From Nemertoderma westbladi (lineage: Eukaryota; Animalia; Xenacoelomorpha), in the NCBI GenBank assembly GCA_032718475.1, contig JAUCBJ010007867.1:1-47141 (forward strand): a stretch of DNA of 47,141 nucleotides. The letters run 5' to 3'. Made by a program: the position numbers and the translations under genes. Shown piece after piece: positions 11,781-25,433 of this stretch. Under the pieces are notes generated by a model. It was given only the letters and a program-made list of their open reading frames with translations, was not told the DNA's origin and searched no databases. The stretch's first letter is position 1; each line of letters starts with the position of its first letter.

Positions 11781-12489
11781 AAAACATTCAGTTATATATA
11801 AATTTTTGAATACATGTGGATGTGGCATAATCAACGTAGAAGAGATGGGATGTGGCATAATCGACGAATAAGAAAAGAGATGGGTTGCAATGTGGATGAA
11901 TGGTTGCGTGGATGGGAAATATGTGAAAGAATATGAATCATTGGGTTGTGCGTAATAATAATCAATAATTATAATAAAAACGCACAGTATAATGTTAGTA
12001 GTAGCCTTTCAATATGGCACAGATGCTGAGGGATCGGTTAGCTTGAGTAACTACTAAGGAAATGCTCGTATACGCGTAGTTGACGCGTGGCGGAATTTCA
12101 TGTATCATACTGGCTGGTTGGTTGGTTTGTTGGTTTGGCGACAGCAGTCGTTGAGTTGGCAATCGATATAATATAATATATAATATCGAGGGAGGGTATA
12201 TGCGTGATGCGTGTAGATGGCCACGTCATCACCATATACAGTATACAGTGGTGGTGGTGGTGGTAACGTGGCGAAAAGGTGAATAACATTAGGGTTAGTA
12301 GTTAGTCAGTAGTCGAGTAAGGCGGGCATCGCGAGGTTAGGCTACGCTACGATTGGTTGATGGCAACTGCCGATGGTGACATATGGCGCGCATCGCAATT
12401 TAGCACCGGAATTTGGCATTTTTTAATTGCCTCCGAATGGAATGCCCATAGCCCAAGCTAGGGAGGACTATGAGGGGGACACTGCTTCT

Positions 12490-15450
12490 CCTACTACTGA
12501 TACCCCCTGTCCATCCACTCCATTACCTCCGACATCCCCTGTCCACCCACTCCATTTACCTCCGACACCCCCTGGCCATCCCCTCCATCACCTCAGACAT
12601 CCCCTGTCCGCGTACACAATCTTCCTCTGACATCCCCTGTCCACCCACTCCACCTACATCCGATATCCCCTGTCCATCCACTCCATTTACCTCCGACATC
12701 CTCTGTCCACCCACTCCATCTACCTCCGACACCCCCTGGCCATCCCCTCCATCACCTCCGACATCCTCTGTCCGCTTACACCATCTTCCTCTGACATCCC
12801 CTGTCCACCCACTCCACCTACATCCGATATCCCCTGTCCATCCACTCCATTTACCTCCGACATCCCCTGTCCACCCACTTCATCTACCTCCGACACCCCC
12901 TGGCCATCCACTCTCATCACCTCCGACATCCCCTGTCCGCTTACACCATCTTTCCCTGACATCCCCTGTCCACCCACTCCACCTACATCCGATATCCCCT
13001 GTCCGCTTCCTTACACCAGCTACCTCCGACATCCCCTGTCCGCTTACACCATCTACCTCCGATATCCCCTGTCCATTCACTCCATTTACCTCCGACACCC
13101 CCTGGCCATCCACTCCATCACCTCCGACATCCCCTGTCCGCTTACACGATCTTTCTCTGACATCCCCTGTCCACCCACTCCACCTACATCCGATATCCCC
13201 TGTCCATCCACTCCATTTACCTCCGACATCCCCTGTCCACCCACTCCATCTACCTCCGCCATCCCCTGTCCACCCATTCCATCTACCTCCGGCACCCCCT
13301 GGCCATCCACTCCATCTACCTCCAACACCCCCTGGCCATCCACTCCATCACCTCCGACATCCCCTGTCCGCTTACACCATCTTCCTCTGACATCCCCTGT
13401 CCACCCACTCCACCTACATCCGATATCCCCTGTCCGCTTCCTTACACCAGCTACCTCCGACATCCCCTGTCCGCTTACACCATCTACCTCCGATACCCCC
13501 TGTCCATCCACTCCATTTACCTCCGACATCCCCTGTCCACCCATTCCATCTACCTCCAACATCCCCTGTCCACCAACTCAATCTACCCCGGCATCCCCTG
13601 TCCACCCACACCATCTACATCCGATACACCCTGTCCACCCACTCCATTTACCTCCGACATCCCCTATCCACCCACTCCATCTACCTCCGACACCCCCTGG
13701 CCATCCACTCCATCTACCTCCGACACCCCCTGGCCATCCACTCCATCACCTCCGACATCCCCTGTCCGCTTACACCATCTTCCTCTGACATCCCCTGTCC
13801 ACCCACTCCACCTACATCGGATATCCCCTGTCCGCTTCCTTACACCAGCTACCTCCGACATCCCCTGTCCGCTTACACCATCTACCTCCGATACCCCCTG
13901 TCCATCCCCTGTCCACCCACTCCATCTACCTCCGCCATCCCCTGTCCACCCATTCAATCTACCTCCGGCACCCCCTGGCCATCCACTCCATCTACCTCCA
14001 ACACCCCCTGGCCATCCACTCCATCACCCTCCATTTACCTCCGACATCCCCTGTCCACCTACTCCATCTACCTCCGACACCCCCTGTCCGCTTACACCAT
14101 CTACCTCCGACACCCCCTGTCCATCCACTCAATCTAAGGTATTTAGGATATCCCCTGTCCACCCGCTCCACCTACATCCGACATCCCCTGTCCACCAACT
14201 CAGTCTACCCCCGGCATCCCCTGTCCACCCACACCATGTATATCCGATATCTTCTGCCCACCCACACCATCTTCCTCTGATATCCCCTGACCACTTAGAC
14301 CATCTACATCCGACAACTCCTGTTCACCACTCCATCTTCCTCTGACATCCCCTGTCCACCAACTCAATCTACCCCCGGCATCCCCTGTCCACCCACACCA
14401 TCTACCTCCGATATCTTCTGCCCACCCACACCATCTTCCTCTGATATCCCCTGACCACTTAGACCATCTACATCCGACAACTCCTGTTCACCACTCCATC
14501 TTCCTCTGACACCCCCTGTCCATCCACTCCATCTAAGGTAATTCTGACATCCCCTGTCCACCCACTCCATCTACATCCGACATCCTCTGTCCACCCACTC
14601 TATCTACCTCTGACATCCCTTGTCCACTTACACCGATCTTCCTCTGACATCCCCTGTCCACTTACACCGATCTTCCTCTGACATCCCCTGTCCACCCACT
14701 CCATATACCTCTGACACCCGCTGTCCAACCATTCCATCTAAGGTAACTCTGACATCTCATGTCCACCCACTCCATCTACCTCCGACATCCCCTAGCCACC
14801 CACTCCATCTACCTCCGACATCCCCTGTCCACCCACTACATCTACCTCCGACATCCCCTGTCCTCCCACTCAATCTACCTCCGACATCCTCTGTCCATCA
14901 ACTCTATCTACCTCTGATATCCCCTGTCCACTTACACCATCTTCCTGACATCCCCTGTCTACCCACTCCATCTACCTCTGATATCCCCTGTCCACTTACA
15001 CCATCTTCCTCTGACATCCCTGTCCATCTACTTCATCGGGTAACTCTGACATCCCCTGTCCACCCACTCCATATACCTTTGACATCCCCTGTCCACCCAC
15101 TCCATCTACTTCCGGCATCCTCTGTCCATCAACTATATCTACCTCTGATATCCCCTGTCCACTTACACCATCTCCCTGACATCCCCTGTCCACCCACTCC
15201 ATCTACCTCTGATATCCCCTGTCCACTTACACCATCTTCCTCTGACATCCCTGTCCATCTACTCCATCGGGTAACTCTGACATCCGCTGTCCACCCACTC
15301 CATCTACCTCCGACATCCTCTGTCCATCAACTCTATCTACATCTGACATCGCCTGTTCCCCAACTCTATCTACATCTGACATCACATCCCCTGCCCACCC
15401 ACTCCATCTACCCCCGGCATCTCCTGTTCATATACTCCATCAACCTCCAG
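12490..15450 (+). repeat. C-rich ~33-bp satellite (~3 kb)
   Basis: Unit acatcccctgtccacccactccatctacctccg with variants and higher-order blocks. Confidence 0.95.
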
Positions 15451-15777
15451 CAAACCTGGCCCATCACCATTTCAGGTTAACAACTCCCTGTTCATTGTGG
15501 TGGTCCATTGCTCATTGTACTGCTATATTACTCCTCAGGAATGTTCCAGATGCTATATCACTCCAGAACATATTAAATATCCATTCACGTATCAATATAT
15601 GAGTTTGGTAAACACCTTATCATTATACTCTCTCGTCAGAACACCCTATGTGCAATTAATTGTAATATACCTAATGTCGAAAACTTAACTAATGATATGG
15701 CAGATGGCCCTAACACACTGTGATATGGTAGATCACCTTATCACGTTGAGATAAGGTATTCTGCCACATAATAATAT

Positions 15778-16681
15778 GGATAGTACTAGATCGTGACAAC
15801 ATTCGAAAACAGGCGAAAACAAGCGAAAACAGTTGGAATGGTAGGGAAAACAGACGAAAACAGTTAGATCATTTAAAAATAATCACCCATGCATCCAGGT
15901 GAAAGTAGATATTGAAGTTACAAGGTGTAATAATACATTTAAAATTTAGTGGCATTTATGATGTCGCTAAATTAAGATGACGTTCTACGCATGTACAATA
16001 ACACTGCTCATATCAGTGCCCGTACTGCCTGACTGCCGTACCGGTACCTGTTGTAGTTACTGTACCCGTACCGGTTGGGTAGTACCGTATTGAATTTATT
16101 ATTATTGCAGAGATGCACTTTATTGATTGTTATACAGTAGTGGTAGCTAGTACTGTAGGCCTAAGTCTGAACTCCATGTCTGTAATAACGATTCCAGGTA
16201 CGTAAAATACATAGCACATAGGCCTTTTTCATTTTCAGCATTAAATAATTTTGTTTGTTCTAATAATGGCGGAAATAGCTGGAAGCTAAAATACTAGAAC
16301 TTCGTACTTCAACATTTCTATAGGTGCCGGTACGGGTACGGGTGCCGGTACGGGTACGGGTGCCGGTACAATAGACTTACTGAATACACTCTACTCTGTA
16401 GGCTTACTGCAGACTGAAGTAATCCATAATCATGCAACGGGTAATCAGTGTTATTGTACATGGGTTATGGGTAGAACGTCATCTTAAGTTAGCGACATTA
16501 TAAATGCCACTAAATTTTAAATCTATTATTACACCAAGTTAACTTCAATATCTATTTTCACCTGGATGCATGGATGATTATTTTTAAACGATCTAACTGT
16601 TTTCGTCTGTTTTCCCTACATTCCAACTGTTTTCGCTTGTTTTCGCCTGTTATCGACTGTTGTCACGATCTAGTACTATCC
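15778..16681. mobile_element. Non-autonomous Mutator (MULE)-like MITE
   Basis: ~230-bp TIRs ggatagtactagatcgtgacaaca.../...tgttgtcacgatctagtactatcc; 9-bp TSD taataatat at 15769-15777 and 16682-16690. Confidence 0.88.
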
Positions 16682-17095
16682 TAATAATATGATATATTGT
16701 CCCAAAAATGCATACATAGGGTATTTTTCATGAAATTGAGACCTGTAACGGATGGATATACGGTAAAACGGACAACACCACGAGAAAGAGCGCCCGAAAT
16801 TTGCCCAGAATCGATCAAAATCTAAAAGTTTGAGATGGTGTTTGGTGTTCTACCTTCTGACGGCAGAATAGTGTTCCAATGGAACAATAGCTGGTCGTTT
16901 TTACTACAGCAGGGGACACAAATACACAAATTACTTAATGTAATTTTAAACGATAAAATGTTCATTTCATACTGTCACTGTGTAAATTAAAATCTAATAA
17001 TAATAACAGTGCAAAGTAAAATATAATACTATATAGGCAAGGCATTCGATAGGTACCAGTGGAATAAAGTTGTAATAGTAATAAATGTACTACAT

Positions 17096-17097
<2 letters not shown>

Positions 17098-17128
<31 letters not shown>
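17098..17128. repeat. (ATT)n microsatellite
   Basis: ~10 att units. Confidence 0.9.
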
Positions 17129-17131
<3 letters not shown>

Positions 17132-17171
17132 CAGCAAAATATTTGAAAATATAAAAGTTTCATATACAGAC

Positions 17172-18560
17172 AACTAGAGACACAGACACAGGTACAGAAA
17201 ACTAGAGACACAGACACAGGTACAGAAAACTAGAGACACAGACACAGGTACAGAAAACTAGAGACACAGACACAGGTACATAAAACTAGAGACACAGACA
17301 CAGGTACGGAAAACTAGAGACACAGACACAGGTACAGAAAAATAGAGACACAGACACAGGTACAGAACACTAGAGACACAGACACAGGTACAGAAAACTA
17401 GAGACACAGACACAGGTACGGAAAACTAGAGACACAGACACAGGTACAGAAAACTAGAGACACAGACACAGGTACAGAAAACTAGAGACACAGACACAGG
17501 TACAGAAAACTAGAGACACAGGTACAGAAAACTAGAGACACAGACACAGGTACAAAAAACTAGAGACACAGACACAGGTACAGAAAACTAGAGACACAGA
17601 TACAGGTACAGAAAACTAGAGACACAGGTTCAGAAACTAGAGACACAGACGACACAGGTACAGAAAACTAGAAACACAGACACAGGTACAGAAAACTAGA
17701 GACAAATACACAGGTACAGAAAACTAGAGACACAGACACAGGTACAGAAAACTAGAGACACAGACACAGGTACAGAAAACTAAAGACACAGACACAGGTA
17801 CAGGTACAGAAAACTAGAGACACAGACACAGGTACAGAAAACTAGAGACACAGACACAGGTACAGAAAACTAGAGACACAGACACAGGTACAGAAAACTA
17901 GAGACACAGACACAGGTACAGAAAACTAGAGACACAGACACAGGTACAGAAAACTAGAGACACAAACACAGGTACAGAAAACTAGAGACACAGACACAGG
18001 TACAGAAAACTAGAGACACAGACACAGGCACAGGTACAGAAAACTAGAGACACAGACACAGGTACAGAAAACTAGAGACACAGACACAGGCACAGGTACA
18101 GAAAACTAGAGACACAGACACAGGTACAGAAAACTAGAGACACAGACACAGGCACAGGTACAGAAAACTAGAGACACAGACACAGGTACAGAAAACTAGA
18201 GACACAGACACAGGCACAGGTACAGAAAACTAGAGACACAGACACAGGTACAGAAAACTAGAGACACAGACACAGGTACAGAAAACTAGAGACACAGACA
18301 CAGGCACAGGTACAGAAAACTAGAGACACAGACACAGGTACAGAAAACTAGAGACACAGACACAGGCACAGGTACAGAAAACTAGAGACACAGACACAGG
18401 TACAGAAAACTAGAGACACAGACACAGGCACAGGTACAGAAAACTAGAGACACAGACACAGGTACAGAAAACTAGAGACACAGACACAGGTACAGAAAAC
18501 TAGAGACACAGACACAGGTACAGAAAACTAGAGACACAGACACAGGTACAGAAAACTAGA
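17172..18560 (+). repeat. 28-bp minisatellite (roughly 45-50 copies)
   Basis: aaaactagagacacagacacaggtacag with 22- and 34-bp variants. Confidence 0.97.
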
Positions 18561-18583
18561 CCGAGTAAATATTTTTAAATGTT

Positions 18584-19267
18584 TCACTCCAGAATTAAAA
18601 AGCCTCGACTAGCCCCGGTCCTGTCAGAGCCGCCACGTCTATCCCAAGTATCCATGGCAACAAGCAACTGGTCAGTTTGAATCCAAAAAACTTCCGTGTC
18701 CGGATGAGTATCGCCAATAAGAAACTCATCCGCGCCGCTGTGGTAAGCAGCTACTGGACTAAAGTGACCCCAGGGTGTAGATTTGTTTGGAACTTGACCA
18801 GCCATTCCTCTGTGAAAATTCACAATACAACCCATAGATGGCGCTGCGGAAAGCGTTTCTATGGCAATGTCTCTAAATCTCTCCGGAGACGAATCGGAAG
18901 CGAGATGGGCCGTGGCGCGAAACCCGAAATGATCCGCGACGGATTTCAAATCGAATAGCGACATCCCCCGGGGCAGTTCGGTGGTGTTCGTCCCCATAAC
19001 CAGACTGGTGCGACTGTCCTGTAGCATTTCTATATCAGAGTATTTCCCGTACTGGATCTGGTGGGGGTCGGAAGTTATTGGTGTATCAGGCCCAGCGTCC
19101 AGCAACATAGCCAGCGATTGTAGGCCGCACAAACTGGGACCAGACTGTTTCTTTAGTAAAGAAATGAGTTTCGTGTAAACAAGGTTGGGGTTATTTATCT
19201 CGGCTTCTTTTAATAGTTGAGACCCTTTTTCGGAATAAAATGACGTAAGATTAGTTCCTTCATACAT
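18584..19267 (-). CDS. Phytochelatin synthase catalytic-domain protein (papain-like fold), ~227 aa, intronless
   Basis: FYSEKGSQLLKEA, QSGPSLCGLQSLAMLL (Cys), GHFSPVAAYH (His), FLIGD (Asp), FWI...L..AMDT.D....RGFL; first ATG at 19267, in-frame TAA at 19292-94. Confidence 0.88.
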   Translation of the reverse strand: MYEGTNLTSFYSEKGSQLLKEAEINNPNLVYTKLISLLKKQSGPSLCGLQSLAMLLDAGPDTPITSDPHQIQYGKYSDIEMLQDSRTSLVMGTNTTELPRGMSLFDLKSVADHFGFRATAHLASDSSPERFRDIAIETLSAAPSMGCIVNFHRGMAGQVPNKSTPWGHFSPVAAYHSGADEFLIGDTHPDTEVFWIQTDQLLVAMDTWDRRGGSDRTGASRGFLILE

Positions 19268-20805
19268 TGCGTTGTAGGTACTTTGCAACAATTATATGCT
19301 GTAAAAGTAATTTTATTCCAATAATGATAACATTACGAAACGGATAAAGAAGCAAAACAAAACAAAGAAGAATATTGTTGATATAATATCTCAAACTTTA
19401 TAGAAGTTAAACATAGCATTACATTTAAGCAGAAACAGTGTGCACCTAATTTTAAATACATCCATTAAGGTTAACATCTGGTATCTGCTACGGTTAGTGT
19501 CCCAGGCACTGGGAGCTCCTTTATTAGCATAAATTATTATAAATATCATCTATTATTTGATAACCAAGACAATTCAAAGCAATTATAAACATCAGGTTAA
19601 GTCTCATTGAGAAATTACTCGCCTAGTGTTGTAAAGGCTACATTATTCATTTACAGTGTTGGTATATAATAGGTGCAGTGACAAACAGACCAAATGATCT
19701 AAACTTATATCGTGATAGGTGTATATGTCGGTAGGTTGTACTGTAGGTTGACAGGCATCTGTTGTATATGAACGCAAGCTGTAGCTAATGTGTAGGCCAA
19801 ACTGACTTTACAATCGAATTGGAACGATAAGCAATTACAAGCTATAGTTTATCTGTAAATAAATTTGCGACAAACCTTTGACATGGAACTTGGTAGGTAG
19901 ATGTTTGGGCTTGCTTACCTTCTATCAAAATATATGACTAAGAAATATGTTTATTACGGCCTCACTGTCCTGTCCACTCCACACTGTTGGAAAACTATCA
20001 GTTTATAATTGCATTTTGCATTGCATTATTATTATTTCATTGCGATTATGTGTTGCATATTATCGGTAGGCTAATATAAGAATGTAATAATATTTTAAAT
20101 AATCAATTATTATATTTAATTGGGGTTGAGGTGTTCATGAAATATATACCGGTACTGACTCGGTTTATGCAATTGTGTACGATTTTGTTATGAACCACAT
20201 TAGCCTCACCCTCACAGTGAATAAATAATGTGTGTCAAGTCAAACATAACCGCGTTTATGATTTGCCATATGAACGCAATGTTATAATTTTGGAGTAAAC
20301 ATTATATAATATTTCATTTAATGGGAATATAAACAATAAACATTAGCTTCTCTATGTCAGTTACACAATTATTCCTAATACAAACAATTAAATACACCAG
20401 CGTGCATGTAATCTAGTTCGTGGGACATAATAAATTTACGAAAATATGAGAACCTTCTCCACCATTACGTTAAGGCACCATTGCTGCGACTATTACATTG
20501 AATTCATTCAACTAATAAACAAACATGGCCAAATTCAAAAATATATTGGCTATCTAAACACTGCAGATGTCGACCACTAATATCAGAATATAGAATATTA
20601 TGCAACGCATGCTGAAACAAAAAGCACATGAAAAGAATAAAAATATTAAAATAACTATAAAAATAATATTTTAATTGATTGCTGAAGTCGTTTAAGGGTA
20701 AGAAGCTTGTAAAATAATATTTAATGGTCCCAATTAAAGTATCCCAAAGATATATTCGCAGATTCAAAGTTAATAGAGACCTCAAAAATAAACCAAATTC
20801 TGCAA

Positions 20806-21579
20806 TTAGATTTTTATTTCCGGGAATAAACTCAGTATTTTATCCCGGGTGTCCTCCGGTCCAGTAACCGAGTAACCATGGGTACGCTCGCTAACAAACA
20901 ACTCGTAATCGTTCTGCCCTGGTTCAGTTTTATCCCCAAAGAAATGAATCGTGTCGAATTCCTCAGGGCTAAGAAACTGCAGACAGAAGGTTTTGTCCCA
21001 CCCGATAGGGAAAACATCAATGCTAATCTGGCCACCGATTACAAACTTAAGTTTATATTCCTCAACGGGAAATTCCTTCTCCATCGCTCGCACAAACTTC
21101 CCCCTGACGTCGTGTAGTTTATCATACTTAGCGAATTCAACGCGTTCGGCCTGACTGCAGGATCGGCCGACAGGACAAACGTTAATCATACCCTGACGGT
21201 ATTCTATAAAGGTTCCTCGTTTAACTGGTATATCTACCGTAGATAAATAGCCTAGAGCGAAGTTAATAAACCGTTTAACTGTTTCCTCTCCTAGGTATTT
21301 CTGTATGTTCTGGCAAGCCAACAAGTCGCCGTCTTTATATGCCACCAATCCGTTCTCGCAGAATACATATGGGTAGGAAGATAGAAACTCCCCGCTGTCG
21401 TCCATCTGTTCGGTGACTTTCTTCAAATCGGATCCGCTAACGAGCCCCACAACGGCGACCCGTTTCAGCTGGTCGAGCAGGGATTGCATCTCCTCAGAGA
21501 TCTTCTGTCGCGGGTTCGTTAGAGTTCCGTCGATGTCGAACAACCAAAATGTTCGAGATTTAGTCGGATTAGAAGCCAT
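20806..21579 (-). CDS. PMM2: Phosphomannomutase (PMM2/SEC53 family, HAD), intronless
   Basis: FDIDGTLT, GSDL, ENGL, KRGTFIEYR.GMINVCPVGR, GGQISIDVFP.GWDKTFCL, FFGDKT..G.NDYE. Confidence 0.96.
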   Translation of the reverse strand: MASNPTKSRTFWLFDIDGTLTNPRQKISEEMQSLLDQLKRVAVVGLVSGSDLKKVTEQMDDSGEFLSSYPYVFCENGLVAYKDGDLLACQNIQKYLGEETVKRFINFALGYLSTVDIPVKRGTFIEYRQGMINVCPVGRSCSQAERVEFAKYDKLHDVRGKFVRAMEKEFPVEEYKLKFVIGGQISIDVFPIGWDKTFCLQFLSPEEFDTIHFFGDKTEPGQNDYELFVSERTHGYSVTGPEDTRDKILSLFPEIKI

Positions 21580-22250
21580 TCTTATTATCTTATTACAGCG
21601 CGAAATTTATACTGTTGTTAATTCGGTTTACTATTTGTGTTACTACAACACCAAACACTTGTGAATAGAAATTGCACTGAATTGTGAGAATACAGGAATT
21701 ATATCGAATACCGCTACCGCTGTTGCCTGTACTACAAGTTACACTTTACTTTTTAGCACAAAATAAAAAGCTAATAATAAACAATACATTAATAGGCCTA
21801 CTACAGTACTAAATGTAATACAGTAATATAGTAGGATGGCCCAAAAAAATATAATTTCCATACGGTATTCAACTCGGCTCAGTTATAATGTGCTTTAAAT
21901 GGAGTGGAACTAGTTCCAGGCATGTGGCATAATTTTTTCACTCAATCGATTCTTATCACGACTACCCCATACCAGCCATTTTGGTTATTACCAACTTGTG
22001 TCACTCCTATTGCAAAGATATACCATTCGAACCACAATGATCGATATAGTGCAGTAGTGGGGCCACCGCCCCGCCACCTTCAGAATGAAAGTAGAATGAT
22101 TATTTTAGTATTTCTCGAGATATTCTTTAAAAGGATTCAGTCGTCGGGACGTGGAAACCCAATATAGACGCCTATATGTGAGATTGTGAGATATACTGTA
22201 CATTTCACTACAAATACTGTATTACTTCTAATTATTGCACTGAATCCAAA

Positions 22251-22600
22251 ATGTGCTCATTGAAACCGCAATTATCGATTTATCGACACAACAAAATCCC
22301 AGAATCTGTGTTTGGGTTTCTGGATAGCAATAAATATAAATACAATATAACTTGTTTGGCTGTTGTTGAGTCATATGTTTGCTTCTCAACAAACAAAACT
22401 GTAGATTATATGAACAGTAAGTCTACCTTCGAAATAGAGAATCTCTGTGTAAAGGCAAGAAAAGATGCTACAGTAGATCTATTGGTTGCCAACTATAAAC
22501 AGCGAAGGGCAGAGATATTTGACAAAAGGCGAGCGATGCAGACACAAAAAGCTGCAGAAGTACAAGCAACTAGAGTTGTGAACTGTCCAAATTTGCGAAT
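22251..22600 (+). pseudogene. Possible C-terminal remnant of a DNA-transposon transposase
   Basis: N..PESVFGFLD...ES...FSTNKT..Y+..KS..E...L...ARK pattern recalls invertebrate transposase C-termini; runs into a tandem repeat. Confidence 0.3.
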
Positions 22601-22649
22601 TTTCCATACGTTACCAACTCGAATTTTGAAACAGGCTCCGAGATATGAA

Positions 22650-22850
22650 AAATATCGAGAATAAAATTACGAGTGTTGAAAAATAATGATAATATCGCGA
22701 GTTCAAAAAACATCGAGAGTAAAAATATCGAGTGTTGAAAAATATCGAGAGTAAAAATATCGAGTGTTGAAAAATATCGAGAGTAAAAATATCGTGTGTT
22801 GAAAAATATCGAGAGTAAAAATATCGAGTGTTGAAAAATATCGAGAGTAA
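22650..22850 (+). repeat. 32-bp tandem repeat built from 15+17-bp subunits
   Basis: aaaaatatcgagagt-aaaaatatcgagtgttg. Confidence 0.88.
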
Positions 22851-24918
22851 AGGATTGCATTGATTTTACTTTTTTTCCCGGCGAAAAAAGAAAATTAAAA
22901 TATTTGTGGCGGAATTTCTTGGAAGCTATGGAACTATGGAAGCAATGTAGTAAAATACTACAGTTCAATTTATTTTGTAACACTACAGTATATCGCTCTA
23001 TCTTTTATTAAAGAATTGAGCAACAAAAAAGTACCAATTTAAGAATAAAGTTACGTATTACATGGCATAAAAACGTAGAACTATTTTTTCAATATGATGC
23101 CTACAGTAGTACCGCCAGGGGACCCCCTTTCAGTTGGCAACAGGGAGAGCGGGGTTGATATTCGACCTCCGATGTATTGGTTCTATCGGCGGAACGAGCT
23201 AGTCACCCAAATCAACGGGTATCTACTATTCTACAAGAGTGAACCAAGAACGACGACCAGATCATTGCCCACCCCAACGCCAGATTGGCCAAAAGATGGG
23301 AGAACATTCAGAAAGACTTGGACCACGAGATAGAGGTGATGGCTCAACAACTCCTCAAACAGGGTAGATAATTAATTACTTTATATTATTGTATATAAAC
23401 TCGATCAACTATGTAAGAAAGTTGAGGGACGACAGGGAGTGGACTCTTACTTAAATTTACTTACTAAATTTAATTATTCCAAAATGACCCTGAGACGGTG
23501 GAATCTGAGGGAAAAATCCTTAAGATTCCATCAACCAAAGTGAGGAGTGATATGTCTGAAAGGAGTGTGGCGATTGGAAAAGTCCGTAAGCGTAACATCG
23601 TCGGTTATAGCCCAAAAATATAGAATTAAAGGAGATACAGATTGCGCGAGAAATGAGTGAGAGACAAGAGAGAAAATGCGACAGAAGAGCGGGGAAGTAG
23701 CAGAAAAGAACCGTAAACATAACGTAAGAGAGAGAGGAGCAGGGACGACGTGAGCGGCTTGAGCGTGAGCAATGTGAACGGCGGGAACAGGAGAGAATAG
23801 ACAGGAAGTATGATACAGAGATACGTGGGAAATTAGGGAGAGAGAAGAGGGTGTTTGAATTTGTACGCTACAATTATTTCAAACTGCCAAAAATTGAATT
23901 TGGTTGGATAATTCTGAAGCTATAGGGGTTTTAGAGGTCGCTGACAACGATATAATTTTATAATCTTTTATCGAAGTGTAACCATCAAATTTATTATTAA
24001 TGTGTGCTAACTTGTATTTTTCATGCCACATTTGGAACATATTAAAAATAATATTCGAAATTTTTGAAAGTCACATACGAATTCAGCTACACAGAAAACC
24101 CATAATGTCATAAAATCAGGTTAATATGGTAATTATTTTTGATTATCAAATTTCTGCTAAATTTATTTTTTGTGCCACATTGACACATCAAAAAATTCCA
24201 TAATCCATAACTTACGATACATTTCAGGCCATATTCGAGATCAGTATTATAGAAAACCCATAAGGTCTTAAACATGGTATGGAGTTATGCTTAGGCTAGA
24301 CCGAAAGGCAGCGATGTGGTACTTCGCAGATTTCCGTGGATATCAGCAGCGTTATTGCTGATAAGTGGACAAACAAAAACTATTGATTCGAAAACACGAT
24401 GATATAAATTGTGAAAATTAATTATATTTGTTCATCGAAAACCAATCCCAGTGATACGATCCGAAATTCGATACGAACAAATATTAAAATACGAAATAGG
24501 GAAATCGTGTTTCGTATCGTATCATATCGTATTGTATCGTATCATATCCAGAACTTGTAAAATAAATCTGGGATCTCATGATTCTAATAGCAAGAAATGT
24601 GTTAATTAAATCGCATTGCACTAAAATATACTGAATATTATTCTCATAGGTAGCTCTGAACAACTTGAATAACAATAATGGCGGCCACACAAATATTAAA
24701 TATATAATAATAAACCATTACACAGTACATGCCGTTAATATTTGTTTGTAAAAAAGCGCCTTCAACTTCGTGTAGGCACATTACAAATATAAATTATTAT
24801 TATTATTATTACAAACTAATGGCCAAACACATGCAGATAAAACAAAATATTATTATGGTTAGCAAATAAAGTTTACATAAATAAAACGTTAAGTGTTAGA
24901 ATTTGTTTCGTACTTGTG

Positions 24919-25221
24919 GGGCGAGCCACGAAGTAAGCGAAGCCTTAGCATATGGGTGCCATTGGCGAGTTGTCTGTCGTCGTAAATTTTTTATCGCTAA
25001 TAACTCGGTTATTCCTTGATGAAATTAAACGAAACTTGGTATGTATGTAGTCCGTCAAAAGTTAAGAACGAATCTGAAGTTTGGTCAAAAACGAACGAAC
25101 GCTACGAGGCACAAGAGGAGGACGAGTATTGTGTTGAAGACTTCAGACAAATGGCAGACAACTCGTTAATGGTGCCCATATGCTAAAGGCTTTGCTCACT
25201 GCGTGCTGCGCGAAGGCCCCA
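24919..25221. mobile_element. Short interspersed element with ~60-bp imperfect inverted repeats (Helentron-associated/HINE-like)
   Basis: gccttagcatatgggtgccattggcgagttgtctgtc vs gcagacaactcgttaatggtgcccatatgctaaaggc; related end at ~28148-28165 (ccttcgcgcagcacg). Confidence 0.55.
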
Positions 25222-25433
25222 CGAACGTGTAACATTATATAAAGCAAAGCTAGACAGTACTAGTTGACACTATAACTCTATAACTGTAAAGTAAAGTGCT
25301 ACTTTATATATAAAATATTTGGAAATCGTTTAAAGAATAATCTGTCATAAAAAGTAATTTTATGTTTTGCATAGCACAAAAATATATTTAGTAAAAATTA
25401 AACCCAATTTGGAACACCCCAGTTGAGGTGCTC

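Noticed and set aside
11995-12320. agtagt motifs as a Polinton terminus
   Set aside because: No matching inverted terminus or 6-bp TSD found in the window
12720-15202. Minus-strand ORFs across the satellite
   Set aside because: By-products of a stop-poor 33-bp repeat
17172-18560. CRISPR-like regular repeats
   Set aside because: Head-to-tail units with no unique spacers, no cas genes, eukaryotic context
23094-23850. Purine-rich, coding-looking stretch with short ORFs
   Set aside because: Multiple stops and no recognisable domain; possibly decayed TE coding sequence
23900-24560. Helentron-like and gatac-repeat MITE fragments
   Set aside because: Boundaries and TSDs could not be defined
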